Counted from the first letter of the stretch, positions 8,268-17,032 are shown. The stretch is 48,150 bases of DNA from Halobacteriales archaeon (GCA_042219105.1 JBDGQL010000093.1:1-48150), one strand, 5' to 3'. The notes: generated by a model from the letters alone, not told the origin. Translations and numbers: made by a program.

Positions 8268-8346
8268 TACGGGTCGACAGAAGTCCTGATAGATGTTCGC
8301 CGGGTACGGTGGAGGCTAATTCTATCAACAGTTCTGTCGACCTGTA
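8268..8346 (-). mobile_element. MITE-B copy, 79 bp
   Basis: TACGGGTCGACAGAAGTCCTGATAGATGTTCGCC...GTTCTGTCGACCTGTA. TA lies on both sides (8266-8267, 8347-8348). Confidence 0.88.
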
Positions 8347-8399
8347 TATTGTTCTCACTGTCGGGACGGCCTGCAACCGTCTCTCGTCCCAAGGAAAGG

Positions 8400-8407
8400 T
8401 ATATTTT
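8400..8407 (+). promoter_or_regulatory. TATA-like box for the SDR gene
   Basis: TATATTTT is centred about 26 nt upstream of ATG 8429. Confidence 0.4.
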
Positions 8408-8428
8408 CCAGGGGAGAATCCTCCCCGT

Positions 8429-9214
8429 ATGCAAGCGAATCGTCACGACGGTCGGGTAGTGGTCGTGACTGGCGCATCGAGCGGTATCGGTCGCGCAACG
8501 GCGATCCGATTCGGTCAGGAGGGCGCAAACGTCGTGTGTGCTTCCCGCAACAACGAACCCCACCAGGGCAAACACCACGAAACGGACGTCACCCGGCCCA
8601 CGGAGGAGGTCGTCCGGGATGACACCGCGGGGGACGCGCGTTTCGTGTCCGTCGACGTCACCGATCCGGCCCGCTGTGAGTCACTCCTCGACCGGACGGA
8701 AGCGATTTACGGTCCCGTGGAGGTCCTGATCAACAACGCCGGAATCTACATTCCGGGAGACAGCCAGGAGACGGACATCGACGACTGGGAGAAACAGATC
8801 GGCGTCGACCTCGACGGCGCGTTCCACTGTGCGAAGCACGCCGTCCCCGACCTGAAGGACACGAGCGGCCACCTCGTCAACATCGCCTCGGTCAACGCAA
8901 CGGAAGGTGGCTCCGGCCCTGCATACGCCGCCGCCAACGCGGGACTGGTCAATCTCACCCGCGACCTTGCCGTCGAACTCGGTGAACACGACGTGAACGT
9001 CAACTGTATCTCACCCGGTTACGTGAAAACGCCGATGCAGGACTACCAGGACGAACAGAGCATCCAGGAGAGCCGCGAACACACGCTGTTACCCCGCCTG
9101 GGCGAGTCCGAAGACATCGCCGACGTCGCCGTGTTCCTTGCCAGCGACGAAGCTAGCTTCGTCCACGGTGCCGACGTTCTGGTCGACGGTGGCTGGACCG
9201 CCCACAGGGTGTGA
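8429..9214 (+). CDS. Short-chain dehydrogenase/reductase with an atypical YxxxN active-site motif
   Basis: ORF 8255..9214 begins inside MITE-B; ATG 8429 (MQANRHDGRVVVVTGASSGIGRA) is preferred. It has TGxxxGIG and NNAG, but YAAANAG where YxxxK is expected. Confidence 0.85.
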   Translation: MQANRHDGRVVVVTGASSGIGRATAIRFGQEGANVVCASRNNEPHQGKHHETDVTRPTEEVVRDDTAGDARFVSVDVTDPARCESLLDRTEAIYGPVEVLINNAGIYIPGDSQETDIDDWEKQIGVDLDGAFHCAKHAVPDLKDTSGHLVNIASVNATEGGSGPAYAAANAGLVNLTRDLAVELGEHDVNVNCISPGYVKTPMQDYQDEQSIQESREHTLLPRLGESEDIADVAVFLASDEASFVHGADVLVDGGWTAHRV

Positions 9215-9277
9215 CGACGGGAACACCGCCACCCCCGTCATGGAACCGCCATTGTACAACGCCTCCAGAGTAGACCG

Positions 9278-10180
9278 TCACAGGCGGGCAGTCGGATATC
9301 GACCCGGCGTGTCGAGGTCGACGGCCGTGAGGTGTGGATGTCCCAGTTGCGCGATGTACAGCGTCCGCATCTCCGGGCCACCGAATGCCACGTTGGTCGG
9401 CCGACAGAGATCCCGGCTGATGGGATCGTGGACGACGAGGTCGACCGTCTCACCCGAGATCCGGTAGATGGCGTCGTGGCTCGTCGATGCGACGTAGATT
9501 CTCTCCTCGGCGTCCAGTGCCACGCCGTCGATGACGCCGAGCGAGTCGGCGACGACGGTCGCCGTAACCACCTCGGTGTCGGATAGCGTGAGCGCCCACA
9601 GTCGTTCCTCGTAGGATTCGACGACGTACAGGGTGTTGCAATCCCGGGAAAACGCCAGCCCGTTGGTCCAGCAGGAGACGCGGTCGGTGAGCGTGTGCCA
9701 CGCTCCGTCCACGTCCCGGTACAGGATACGGCCACCGTACTCCGGGCCGGAGGCGCGACGGTCTCCGGAGTCGGACAGAAACAGCCGTCCGGACGTATCG
9801 AACGCACAGAAGTTCGGCTGGATGGGCGACTCGTCCTCGCTCCCCTGGAGTTCGATCTCGGGCTCGTGTTCTTTCGCTCCGTCGAGTGGCAGTTCAAACA
9901 GCGCGTGGCGCTGGAAATCACACGCGTACAGGGACTGTTCGTCCGGCGACAGGGTGACGCCGAGCGTGGAGCCGTTGGTCGACGCGAGCAACTCCACGTC
10001 CGTCTCGTCGGGCCCGATCCGATACAGTTGGCCGTCTTCGCCGCTGGCGTAGATCGTCCCGTCACGGCCGACGGCCACTCCCTCCGGGTGGTCGAGGTAG
10101 GTTTCGAGGTACGTGGTCGCGCCCACGACCCGGGTGGATTCGATGGGGTGGAGCGCCTCGGATGGATCGATGGCTACCAC
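9278..10180 (-). CDS. SMP-30/gluconolactonase/LRE-like beta-propeller (putative sugar lactonase)
   Basis: 300-aa ORF with a GTG start. Repeats typical of the family: TNGLAFSRDCNTLYVVES, PTNVAFGGPEMRTLYI. Confidence 0.75.
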   Translation of the reverse strand: MVAIDPSEALHPIESTRVVGATTYLETYLDHPEGVAVGRDGTIYASGEDGQLYRIGPDETDVELLASTNGSTLGVTLSPDEQSLYACDFQRHALFELPLDGAKEHEPEIELQGSEDESPIQPNFCAFDTSGRLFLSDSGDRRASGPEYGGRILYRDVDGAWHTLTDRVSCWTNGLAFSRDCNTLYVVESYEERLWALTLSDTEVVTATVVADSLGVIDGVALDAEERIYVASTSHDAIYRISGETVDLVVHDPISRDLCRPTNVAFGGPEMRTLYIAQLGHPHLTAVDLDTPGRYPTARL

Positions 10181-10324
10181 GGTCGTCCCTCCCTGGCTCG
10201 GTCCTGTCGTCGCTGCCAGTCGAGCACCATGGATACAGCGTCGTGTCCATCCATAATAACGATACTGGCTGTGCTGGCTCCCCGCAAAATCACTCCCCGG
10301 AGCATCTCCGAGGTACGTCCCGGA

Positions 10325-11359
10325 TCACCCATCACCGGTTATTCGGGACCCGTCGGCACGCTGCCGGGCGATGTGTGCGGCCATCTCGACGGAGTCGACG
10401 AGGCTCGCCTCCGAGGCGATACCCTCCCCGGCGATGTCGAACGCCGTGCCGTGGTCGACGCTCGTGCGAACGATTGGCAGGCCGACGGTCACGTTAACGC
10501 CGGAGATGGACGCCCCGCCAGAAAAGCCGAGCATCTTGATCGGGATGTGTCCCTGGTCGTGGTACATCGCAACGACGCAGTCGTACGCGCCGCTGGCTGC
10601 CTGGTTGAAAACGGTGTCGGGCGATTCGGGACCATATGCCCGGATCCCCCCGGACCGGGCCTGTTCGACCGCGGGTTCGATCTCCTCTATGTCTTTGGAA
10701 CCCAGCAATCCCCCGTCGCTGGCGTGGGGATTGAGCCCCGCGACGGCGATCTCGGGGTCGTCGATGCCCAGTTCCCGGAGCGCCTCGTCGGTCACCCTGA
10801 CGGTGTCCAGCACCGCGTCCGTCGTCACGAGGTCACACGCCTCCCGGAGGGGGACGTGTGTGCTCACGTGGGTGACGCGGAGGTCACCTTCGACGAGCAT
10901 CATCGAGTAGTTCTCCGTATCCGTGGCGTCGGCGAGCATGTCGGTATGTCCGGCGTAGTCGCTACCGGCCAGTCGCGTCGCCTGCTTGTTGATCGGAGCC
11001 GTCGTCATTCCGTCGACCGCTCCGTCGATGGCCAGTTCGATCGCGCGTTCGACGTACTCGAGACTCGCCCCACCGTACGCTTCACGAACGACCCCGTACT
11101 CGACGCCGTCGACGTTGTCGAGGTCCAACACCGGAATTGCCTCCGGCAGGAACGACGCGTCGGCCGGGTCGTCGACGGTGACGACGTCGAGGCCGCGATC
11201 GCGGACGGCGAGGGCGTCACGCATCACGTCGGCATCACCGACGACGAGGGGGCGTGCGTGCTGTAGCAGACCCGGATACGCGGCCGCGATGACTTCACTG
11301 CCGATGCCGGCAGGGTCGCCCATCGTAACTGCGATACGTGGGTTATCTACTGCGGTCAC
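10325..11359 (-). CDS. PdxA-family NAD-dependent 4-phospho-hydroxyacid dehydrogenase
   Basis: GTG start. Motifs: IAVTMGDPAGIGSEV, GLNPHASDGG, AMYHDQGHIPIK, VRTSVDHGTAFDIAG. The start overlaps the upstream kinase gene by 17 nt. Confidence 0.88.
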   Translation of the reverse strand: MTAVDNPRIAVTMGDPAGIGSEVIAAAYPGLLQHARPLVVGDADVMRDALAVRDRGLDVVTVDDPADASFLPEAIPVLDLDNVDGVEYGVVREAYGGASLEYVERAIELAIDGAVDGMTTAPINKQATRLAGSDYAGHTDMLADATDTENYSMMLVEGDLRVTHVSTHVPLREACDLVTTDAVLDTVRVTDEALRELGIDDPEIAVAGLNPHASDGGLLGSKDIEEIEPAVEQARSGGIRAYGPESPDTVFNQAASGAYDCVVAMYHDQGHIPIKMLGFSGGASISGVNVTVGLPIVRTSVDHGTAFDIAGEGIASEASLVDSVEMAAHIARQRADGSRITGDG

Positions 11360-12656
11360 GGGTGGGCTCTAATTCGGCAGTACAATTAACGATGGCCTTT
11401 GGAGACCCGAACCCGCCGGCTTTCGTCACGACACGAGTGCCCGCGGCTGGACCGTCCGCGATCCACCCCTCCGGAATCCCCTCGGCCACGGCCGCTCCCG
11501 TGAGACACACCGAACCCGTACCGATGGCGTCTAGGGTCGTCCGTGCGACGTCGCCCCCGGTGAGAAAGAGTCCGGCGGGGGAACACGCCTCGAACACGGT
11601 GCTTGCAGCGGTCGCGAGCGCCCGAGCCACGCGCTGGCCGGGATCAGCGCTACACGGCTGGTTGGAATCGGACGTTCCGGGATGGCCATCCACGGAAACG
11701 CCGGATTCGCCTCCGTTTGCGGACCCGTTCGCACGGATGACGTCACTGGGGTCGGTCGCTGCGGTGAGGACGGCATGCCTGCCGGATTCGAGTCGGTCCT
11801 GCAGGGCGGCCGTGAGCGTCCTATCGGTGGATTCCGGGTCCAGCACCGCTCGCCGTGGATCGAGTCGGAAGATGTCGGAATCCGGAACGGCCCCGAGTTG
11901 TTCGAGTGTGCGGTCGTTGACGCTTCCGACGACGGCCAGGACGCCGGTGCCTGCACGGTCGGGGGCAGTCGGCAGGTCAGGCGTGCCGGGAAGCATCACG
12001 CACTTGGCGAGACCGCCACTACCCACGTACAGCACGTCGCTGTCGAGCGACGCTGCCCCCTCGGCAACGTCCCGGAGGTGGTCACCGTCAGTCGCGTCGC
12101 AGGTGATGAGCGTCCTCTCGGTCACCGCAGCGAGTTCCTGCTGGACGGCGTCAGCACCTCGACGGATGACTCGGCAGTCGAGGTGTTCAACCGGATGTCG
12201 AGACGTCCCGAAGTACGCCGGCACGGTCGACTCATCGATACCGTAAGCTGCACTCGCTAGTGGCTCGCCGTCGACGTAGTGGACGCCGTCACGCGTGACG
12301 CGTCCGGTCGCGGGAAATGCCGGCGCTATGATACCGAGGTCACACCCGGAAACGGCGAGCGCAGCGTCGACCTCGGGAACGACGTTCCCCCGGAGCGTCG
12401 AGTCGATTTTCTTGTACACGAGCGACGATTCGGACGACTCGATGACGGTTCGAACGGCACCGGCCGCTAGGTCCGAGTCGACACCCCGGGTGTCGGTGTC
12501 GACTGCAAGAACGTCGCCTGCAGACGGTGGGTCGAACGACCCCGGCTGTGTGGGATCGACGAACTGAGCACGAACGCTCCGGTCACGGGCGGCGAACCCG
12601 TACCCGGCGTCTAGCGTTCCGGTAAGGTCGTCGCCGACGAGTACTGCATTCAACAT
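11343..12656 (-). CDS. Four-carbon acid sugar kinase (DUF1537 family)
   Basis: ORF 11343..12686 starts at TTG; ATG 12656 (MLNAVLVGDDLTGTLDAG) is preferred. Hallmark motifs are DDLTG and KKIDSTLRGN. Confidence 0.82.
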   Translation of the reverse strand: MLNAVLVGDDLTGTLDAGYGFAARDRSVRAQFVDPTQPGSFDPPSAGDVLAVDTDTRGVDSDLAAGAVRTVIESSESSLVYKKIDSTLRGNVVPEVDAALAVSGCDLGIIAPAFPATGRVTRDGVHYVDGEPLASAAYGIDESTVPAYFGTSRHPVEHLDCRVIRRGADAVQQELAAVTERTLITCDATDGDHLRDVAEGAASLDSDVLYVGSGGLAKCVMLPGTPDLPTAPDRAGTGVLAVVGSVNDRTLEQLGAVPDSDIFRLDPRRAVLDPESTDRTLTAALQDRLESGRHAVLTAATDPSDVIRANGSANGGESGVSVDGHPGTSDSNQPCSADPGQRVARALATAASTVFEACSPAGLFLTGGDVARTTLDAIGTGSVCLTGAAVAEGIPEGWIADGPAAGTRVVTKAGGFGSPKAIVNCTAELEPTRDRSR

Positions 12657-12729
12657 GAGGGTGGTATCGTCCCGATGTGTATACAACTGCCGGGGTCGCC
12701 CGTGCCACGTCGATGCTGACTCCAGGGTC

Positions 12730-12757
12730 TACACCCGGACAAACCAGTCAACGTGAT
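12730..12757 (+). repeat. MITE-D left-end fragment
   Basis: TACACCCGGACAAACCAGTCAACGTGAT matches the first 29 nt of the D copy at 8159 with a 1-nt gap. No right end is present. Confidence 0.6.
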
Positions 12758-12773
12758 ATGACAGTTCCCGTCT

Positions 12774-13865
12774 TCACCAGGAACGGATCGAAACGTCTTC
12801 GAGCGGTCTTTCCATCGGCAGCGAGAGGTGGCTACCGGTGTAACTCGAGACGAAAATGCCGACTAGCACCTCCATTACGTGGATCGCATCGGTGCCCGAC
12901 GACCGGTTTGTCGCGACTCCGTCGAGTAAGTCCACGACGTGTGCCGCAGCGTTGGTGAAGGAAGCGTCCAGGTCGGGCGTCGGCCCGGCCGCGTAACCGT
13001 CCCAGAGGTCCGTTCTACGGTGGTCGGTCCCGTCGTCGGACCAGTAGCGCCACTCGTCGTCACCCTGGTCGATAATCAGCGTTCCGCCGGTGCCGAGCAG
13101 GCGAAGATAGCCCGACCAGACGTCGCGTGACACCGTACAGTCGACCGTCACGAAGGTCCCATCGCGCATCGTCAGTAACGCCCCGCCGCCCGAGTCGTCG
13201 ATGTCGGAACTGTCTACGATGGAGTCGGTGAGTTCCTCGGTCCCCGTGAGGAATCCGGTGAGTTCCGACACCTCGTCGTCGAGCAAATAAGTCACCGCGT
13301 CGATCATGTGAGCGCCGTTTCTGAGGAGTTCGCGTTTGAACTGGAGGTTGATCGATTTGACGTCTCCGAGCACTCCCTCCTGGAGTAGTTTGTCCCTGAG
13401 CAGGTGGTAATCGGGATCGAATCGCCGTGGGTAACTGATCACCAGTTCGACACCGGCGTCGCGACACTGCCGAACCATCTCCCGACCCGCGCTGACGCTG
13501 GAGGCAATGGGCTTTTCACACCAGATCACCTCGGGCGGATTCGATACATGCAGGGCGTCGAGGGTGTGCTGGCGGTGCAAGAACGTCGGCGTACATATCG
13601 AGAGAGCATCCAGGTTCTCCGATTCTAGCATGTCGCGGTGGTCATCGTACATGTTCTCCGGCGGAACCTCCCACAGGTCACCGAACGTTGCCAGTTGCTC
13701 CTCGTCCGTATCACAGGCGGCGATCAACTCGACGTCGTCCGTGGCGTCGTAGCCACCGGCGTGAGTCGAGCGGACCTGTTCGCGGTCGTTGAAGCTCTCG
13801 TCGACGCCAATAAAACCCATACCGGCGACGCCTCCAGTACCGATTATCCCCGCTGAATACGTCAT
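12774..13865 (-). CDS. Gfo/Idh/MocA family oxidoreductase
   Basis: 363 aa. It has the Rossmann motif GIIGTGGVAGMG and the CEKPIA motif. It is a clear paralog of 25351..26448, aligning by eye along its whole length. Confidence 0.88.
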   Translation of the reverse strand: MTYSAGIIGTGGVAGMGFIGVDESFNDREQVRSTHAGGYDATDDVELIAACDTDEEQLATFGDLWEVPPENMYDDHRDMLESENLDALSICTPTFLHRQHTLDALHVSNPPEVIWCEKPIASSVSAGREMVRQCRDAGVELVISYPRRFDPDYHLLRDKLLQEGVLGDVKSINLQFKRELLRNGAHMIDAVTYLLDDEVSELTGFLTGTEELTDSIVDSSDIDDSGGGALLTMRDGTFVTVDCTVSRDVWSGYLRLLGTGGTLIIDQGDDEWRYWSDDGTDHRRTDLWDGYAAGPTPDLDASFTNAAAHVVDLLDGVATNRSSGTDAIHVMEVLVGIFVSSYTGSHLSLPMERPLEDVSIRSW

Positions 13866-13889
13866 GAACTGCCGTACCGACGGTAGAAC

Positions 13890-13896
13890 AATTAAA
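13890..13896 (-). promoter_or_regulatory. TATA-like box for the Gfo/Idh/MocA gene
   Basis: Plus-strand AATTAAA (minus-strand TTTAATT) is centred about 28 nt upstream of ATG 13865. Confidence 0.4.
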
Positions 13897-13986
13897 CCTT
13901 ATCGTTCGACACCGTCCTTATCAAGAGCGGTCCATCGACTCCGAGGCCGTCATCGACCGGTGGGCGACGCTGGGGGAGGGACCGGA

Positions 13987-14065
13987 TACTGTCGGACAGA
14001 GACATTGATAATCGAACCCCCGGGACGGGGGGCCTTCGAATTATCAATACTTCTGTCCGACAGTA
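13987..14065 (+). mobile_element. MITE-A copy, 79 bp, flanked by GA/GA
   Basis: Full element; GA at 13985-13986 is repeated at 14066-14067. It lies between the stop of the LigM-like gene and the start of the Gfo/Idh/MocA gene. Confidence 0.88.
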
Positions 14066-14143
14066 GAGGTGCTCGAGGCGACCGCCGCCGGCGACCTCCG
14101 CAAGCCCGTCTTCGACCCGTAACTGCCGGCCTTCGCCCCGTCG

Positions 14144-15505
14144 TCACATCTCCTCTCTGCCGCCCCGGACGTAGGGGGCGGGGGCGACCGTGGCGTCGAT
14201 CTCGACAGGGTCGTGGCGCTCAACCTTGCGTTTCCCGCTCGTATCCCCCCAGACGAACGATACCTCGGTGCCGGGATCGCTGTACTCGAGATCGACGGTC
14301 GCTAGCGACAACATTTCCCGGGTGTAGTAGAGGTAGCCGGGGTACTTCGAGAGGCCCACCACCTCGCCGTCATTATAGATCGTGTCGTAGTGACAGACCG
14401 ACCACTGTGTCGCCACGTCAGGCATGTCCATGTACTTGTGGGTCGGCCCCTCCTCAAACAGTGAGCCGTAGATGTCTACGACGTCGTCAGAATCCCACAC
14501 CAGCGTCACGCGCTCACGCTCCTGCTCTCCAACCATCTCCTCCAGCGCCTCCTTGCCAACGAAGTCGTGCTCAAAGTCGATGATTCCCGTCTTGCCCTGC
14601 TCCATCGGGGTCATGTAGTAGTCCGTGATGTCATCCGAATCGAAGCTCCCGCCGACCGAGAGCTGGGCCTCCATGCTGTCGGCGCCGAGCCACTCGCGGT
14701 AGCCCTCGAGGTCAGGGTGCTCGTGGATCGCGGGCACCGCCGCGACGAACCAGCCCGAGCCGATCTTACCCGTCTTGTAGGCCCGCGTTCCCAGCTGGCG
14801 GATGTCGTACTCCTCGCCTGCCGCGAATATGTCCTCCAGTACCTCGTCGTGGTGGTGGTAGGGGCCGAAGATCTCCAAGCCGGGCGTGGCGGCCATGCCG
14901 TGGCCCAGTGCGTAGGTTTCGACGCCGTTGATTTCGACGGTGTCCATCCCGAAAAAGGAGACGTTCGGGACGCCGCCGTCGATCACTTCCTTCATCGTGT
15001 CCATAGCGTTGGGGCCCTGGATCTGGAAGCGGAAGTGTGGCGGGTCGTGGTCATCGAAGGGGTGGTATGGGACGTTCGTATAGACATCGTAGTTCTTAAT
15101 TTCGGCGTTGTACCGCACCCAGTTGTTGATCCACTCCGAGCCCACGGAGAGGAACTCGTTTTTGCCCAGGTAGAAGACGATGACATCGCCGATGACGTAT
15201 CCATCGGGATTGCAGGTGAGGTAGTTGATCGCCCGCGGCGGGTCGTTGTCACGGATCTTGTCGAAGTCGTTCACGCCGAGCGACTCTAGCAGCTTGACCG
15301 CGTCCGGTCCTTCAATCTCAAGGATTTCCATGTGGTAGGACTGGTCGACGACGGCTACCGACTCTCTGACTGCGCGCTGTTCCTCAATCCAGTTGGTGTA
15401 CTCCTCGCGGAAGACATAGGGCTGCCAACCGATGTCGTTGTTCCGGAACATCATTGCGGTGTTGTCGACCGATCGGAGGACATCCGCCAGGCTTTCGGAT
15501 CCCAT
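14144..15505 (-). CDS. Aminomethyltransferase (GcvT) fold family protein, LigM/DesA-like
   Basis: 453 aa. The motifs FRFQIQGP, HGMAATPGLEIFGPY, YREWL and GGSFDSDDITDYY, and the length, match my recollection of the tetrahydrofolate-dependent O-demethylase branch rather than GcvT proper. Confidence 0.7.
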   Translation of the reverse strand: MGSESLADVLRSVDNTAMMFRNNDIGWQPYVFREEYTNWIEEQRAVRESVAVVDQSYHMEILEIEGPDAVKLLESLGVNDFDKIRDNDPPRAINYLTCNPDGYVIGDVIVFYLGKNEFLSVGSEWINNWVRYNAEIKNYDVYTNVPYHPFDDHDPPHFRFQIQGPNAMDTMKEVIDGGVPNVSFFGMDTVEINGVETYALGHGMAATPGLEIFGPYHHHDEVLEDIFAAGEEYDIRQLGTRAYKTGKIGSGWFVAAVPAIHEHPDLEGYREWLGADSMEAQLSVGGSFDSDDITDYYMTPMEQGKTGIIDFEHDFVGKEALEEMVGEQERERVTLVWDSDDVVDIYGSLFEEGPTHKYMDMPDVATQWSVCHYDTIYNDGEVVGLSKYPGYLYYTREMLSLATVDLEYSDPGTEVSFVWGDTSGKRKVERHDPVEIDATVAPAPYVRGGREEM

Positions 15506-15528
15506 GCTCTGTGGGGGTCGGGATCAAG

Positions 15529-15536
15529 TAATAAAT
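15529..15536 (-). promoter_or_regulatory. TATA-like box for the LigM-like gene
   Basis: Plus-strand TAATAAAT (minus-strand ATTTATTA) is centred about 27 nt upstream of ATG 15505. Confidence 0.4.
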
Positions 15537-15602
15537 GCTTCGATGGAAGACCCTGTCCACGTTTCTCGGATCTGGTCGCTCTACAAACGGATTTCGCTGG
15601 TA

Positions 15603-15624
15603 TACGAGTCGACAGAACTATTGA
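15603..15624 (+). repeat. Solo MITE-B terminus
   Basis: TACGAGTCGACAGAACTATTGA, preceded by TA, matches the B left arm. No partner arm is present. Confidence 0.55.
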
Positions 15625-15732
15625 CTGGCAGTTCACCACTGACGATGCTCGGATCAAGCTACGCTAGCTCTATCCCGTTGAACTCGAAGAGGATCTACAG
15701 ATTTAGGGTTAAAGCTACACTAAGAGCCCATG

Positions 15733-15739
15733 ATATATA
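15733..15739 (+). promoter_or_regulatory. TATA-like box for the epimerase/dehydratase-family gene
   Basis: ATATATA is centred about 29 nt upstream of ATG 15765. Confidence 0.4.
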
Positions 15740-15764
15740 GCGCTTGCAAACAAACAAATGCTGC

Positions 15765-16694
15765 ATGGATCGGGTTCTCGTCACCGGAGGGTTCGGCAGA
15801 GTCGGGCCGTGGGTCATAGAACAATTTCTGAACGAAGGATACGAGGTTGCCTGTGTCGACCAGCAGGCACCCGAGACATCCATCCCCGGAGTGTCGTTCT
15901 TCGAGGCTGACCTCACGGAGCAGGGTGCCGCGTGGGAGATATTATTCGAGTATGACCCGGACGCAATCGTCCACCTGGCCTCCGTGGCGCGTGCCGCCAG
16001 CGAACAGCACGGAACCGCCGTGTTCTCTGCGAACGCGCGCATGACATACCATCTGCTGGTCGCAGCCGGACACGCGGACGTGCCAGTCGTCTGGACCTCA
16101 AGCGAAACCGTCTACGGACCGATGCATAGCGACGGCGAGTGGCAGGTAGATCGTCTCCCGGTCGACGAGTCCAGTCCGACTCGGCCGACCGGCGCGTACC
16201 CGACTTCGAAGCTGACGGGCGAGGTGATCGCCGGAGCGGTCGCCAGGGAATTCGACCTGTCAATCGCGTCGGTCCGTCCTTCCTGGGTCGTCCGTCCGAT
16301 CGACGCAGCCGGGATTCCAGGACCGACGTACGCGGAGCTGTCGGATCTCCGAGAGTCGTTCGATCCCGAATCCGTGACATCGACTTGGAACCTCTGGTCG
16401 TACGTGGACGTCCGAGATCTCGGGCGCCTCCTCTTGGCGGTGATCGCCGGGGAATTCGAGGGCCACGAACTCTTTCTCGGGGTCGCCGACGAGAACTATC
16501 TTGACCGCTCGACCGCTGAGGCTGCCCAGGCGATTGGGGAGAGTTTCCCGTCAGAGTGCTCGTTGAGCGGAGACCAGTCCGCGCAGTCGAATGCGAAAGC
16601 CGAGCGCGTGCTCGGCTGGACGCCGAGTCACTCTTGGAAGAGCGCGACCCCCACCGATGTGTCCACGCCGTCCGTGCTGGAGGCGGTCCGGTAG
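15765..16694 (+). CDS. NAD-dependent epimerase/dehydratase (extended SDR) family
   Basis: ORF 15744..16694 starts at TTG; ATG 15765 (MDRVLVTGGFGRVG) is preferred. It has the canonical YPTSK (YxxxK) motif. Confidence 0.85.
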   Translation: MDRVLVTGGFGRVGPWVIEQFLNEGYEVACVDQQAPETSIPGVSFFEADLTEQGAAWEILFEYDPDAIVHLASVARAASEQHGTAVFSANARMTYHLLVAAGHADVPVVWTSSETVYGPMHSDGEWQVDRLPVDESSPTRPTGAYPTSKLTGEVIAGAVAREFDLSIASVRPSWVVRPIDAAGIPGPTYAELSDLRESFDPESVTSTWNLWSYVDVRDLGRLLLAVIAGEFEGHELFLGVADENYLDRSTAEAAQAIGESFPSECSLSGDQSAQSNAKAERVLGWTPSHSWKSATPTDVSTPSVLEAVR

Positions 16695-16884
16695 TCGCGC
16701 GACGGATACAGTTCCGGATCGCACGAAGCCTACAACTGCACTGTCGGATGGGAGAATAATAGCGACCGTTCTCGTCCAACATGTCGTCATAAGGACGGAT
16801 GTAAGTCTTTACCGATGCGCTCGCGTGAGACCGGCGGATTCGGCCGATATCCGCCGGCTCGGCGAGCGCGCGATGAAAACAGTT

Positions 16885-16937
16885 TTCGAAGGCCCCCGTC
16901 CTGGGGGTTCGATTATCAATGTCTCTGTCCGACAGTA
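16885..16937 (-). repeat. Half MITE-A (one arm plus core)
   Basis: TTCGAAGGCCCCCGTCCTGGGGGTTCGATTATCAATGTCTCTGTCCGACAGTA followed by TA. The other arm is missing. Confidence 0.7.
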
Positions 16938-17032
16938 TATCACATACGGCCCACTCTGCAAAAACGCCCCCGTCGCGTACTCGGCCTTCTTCATCCTTCC
17001 CGGAAAGAATTTGCGGTAAGAGACAGCCCTTC

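Noticed and set aside
8255-8428. N-terminal extensions of listed ORFs that begin inside MITEs. These are 8255 for the SDR, 20062 for FAH, 23134 for the 23209 gene, and the stand-alone ORFs 27716..28075, 40007..40294, 3125..3616 and 19805..20020.
   Set aside because: The extra residues are translations of the open MITE frames (RVDRSPDR..., YCRTE..., IESQPTV...). Downstream ATGs with TATA-box spacing or family-typical N-termini are better starts.
9695-11266. A 523-aa ORF on the plus strand, and similar long ORFs at 46303..47778, 46679..47848, 33557..34684, 6882..7859, 35055..36011, 15913..17034, 44296..45129 and 13789..14583.
   Set aside because: Each lies antisense to, or out of frame with, a gene that has strong family motifs. 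Their translations are Arg/Gly/Pro/Val-rich low-complexity strings, typical of shadow ORFs in GC-rich DNA.
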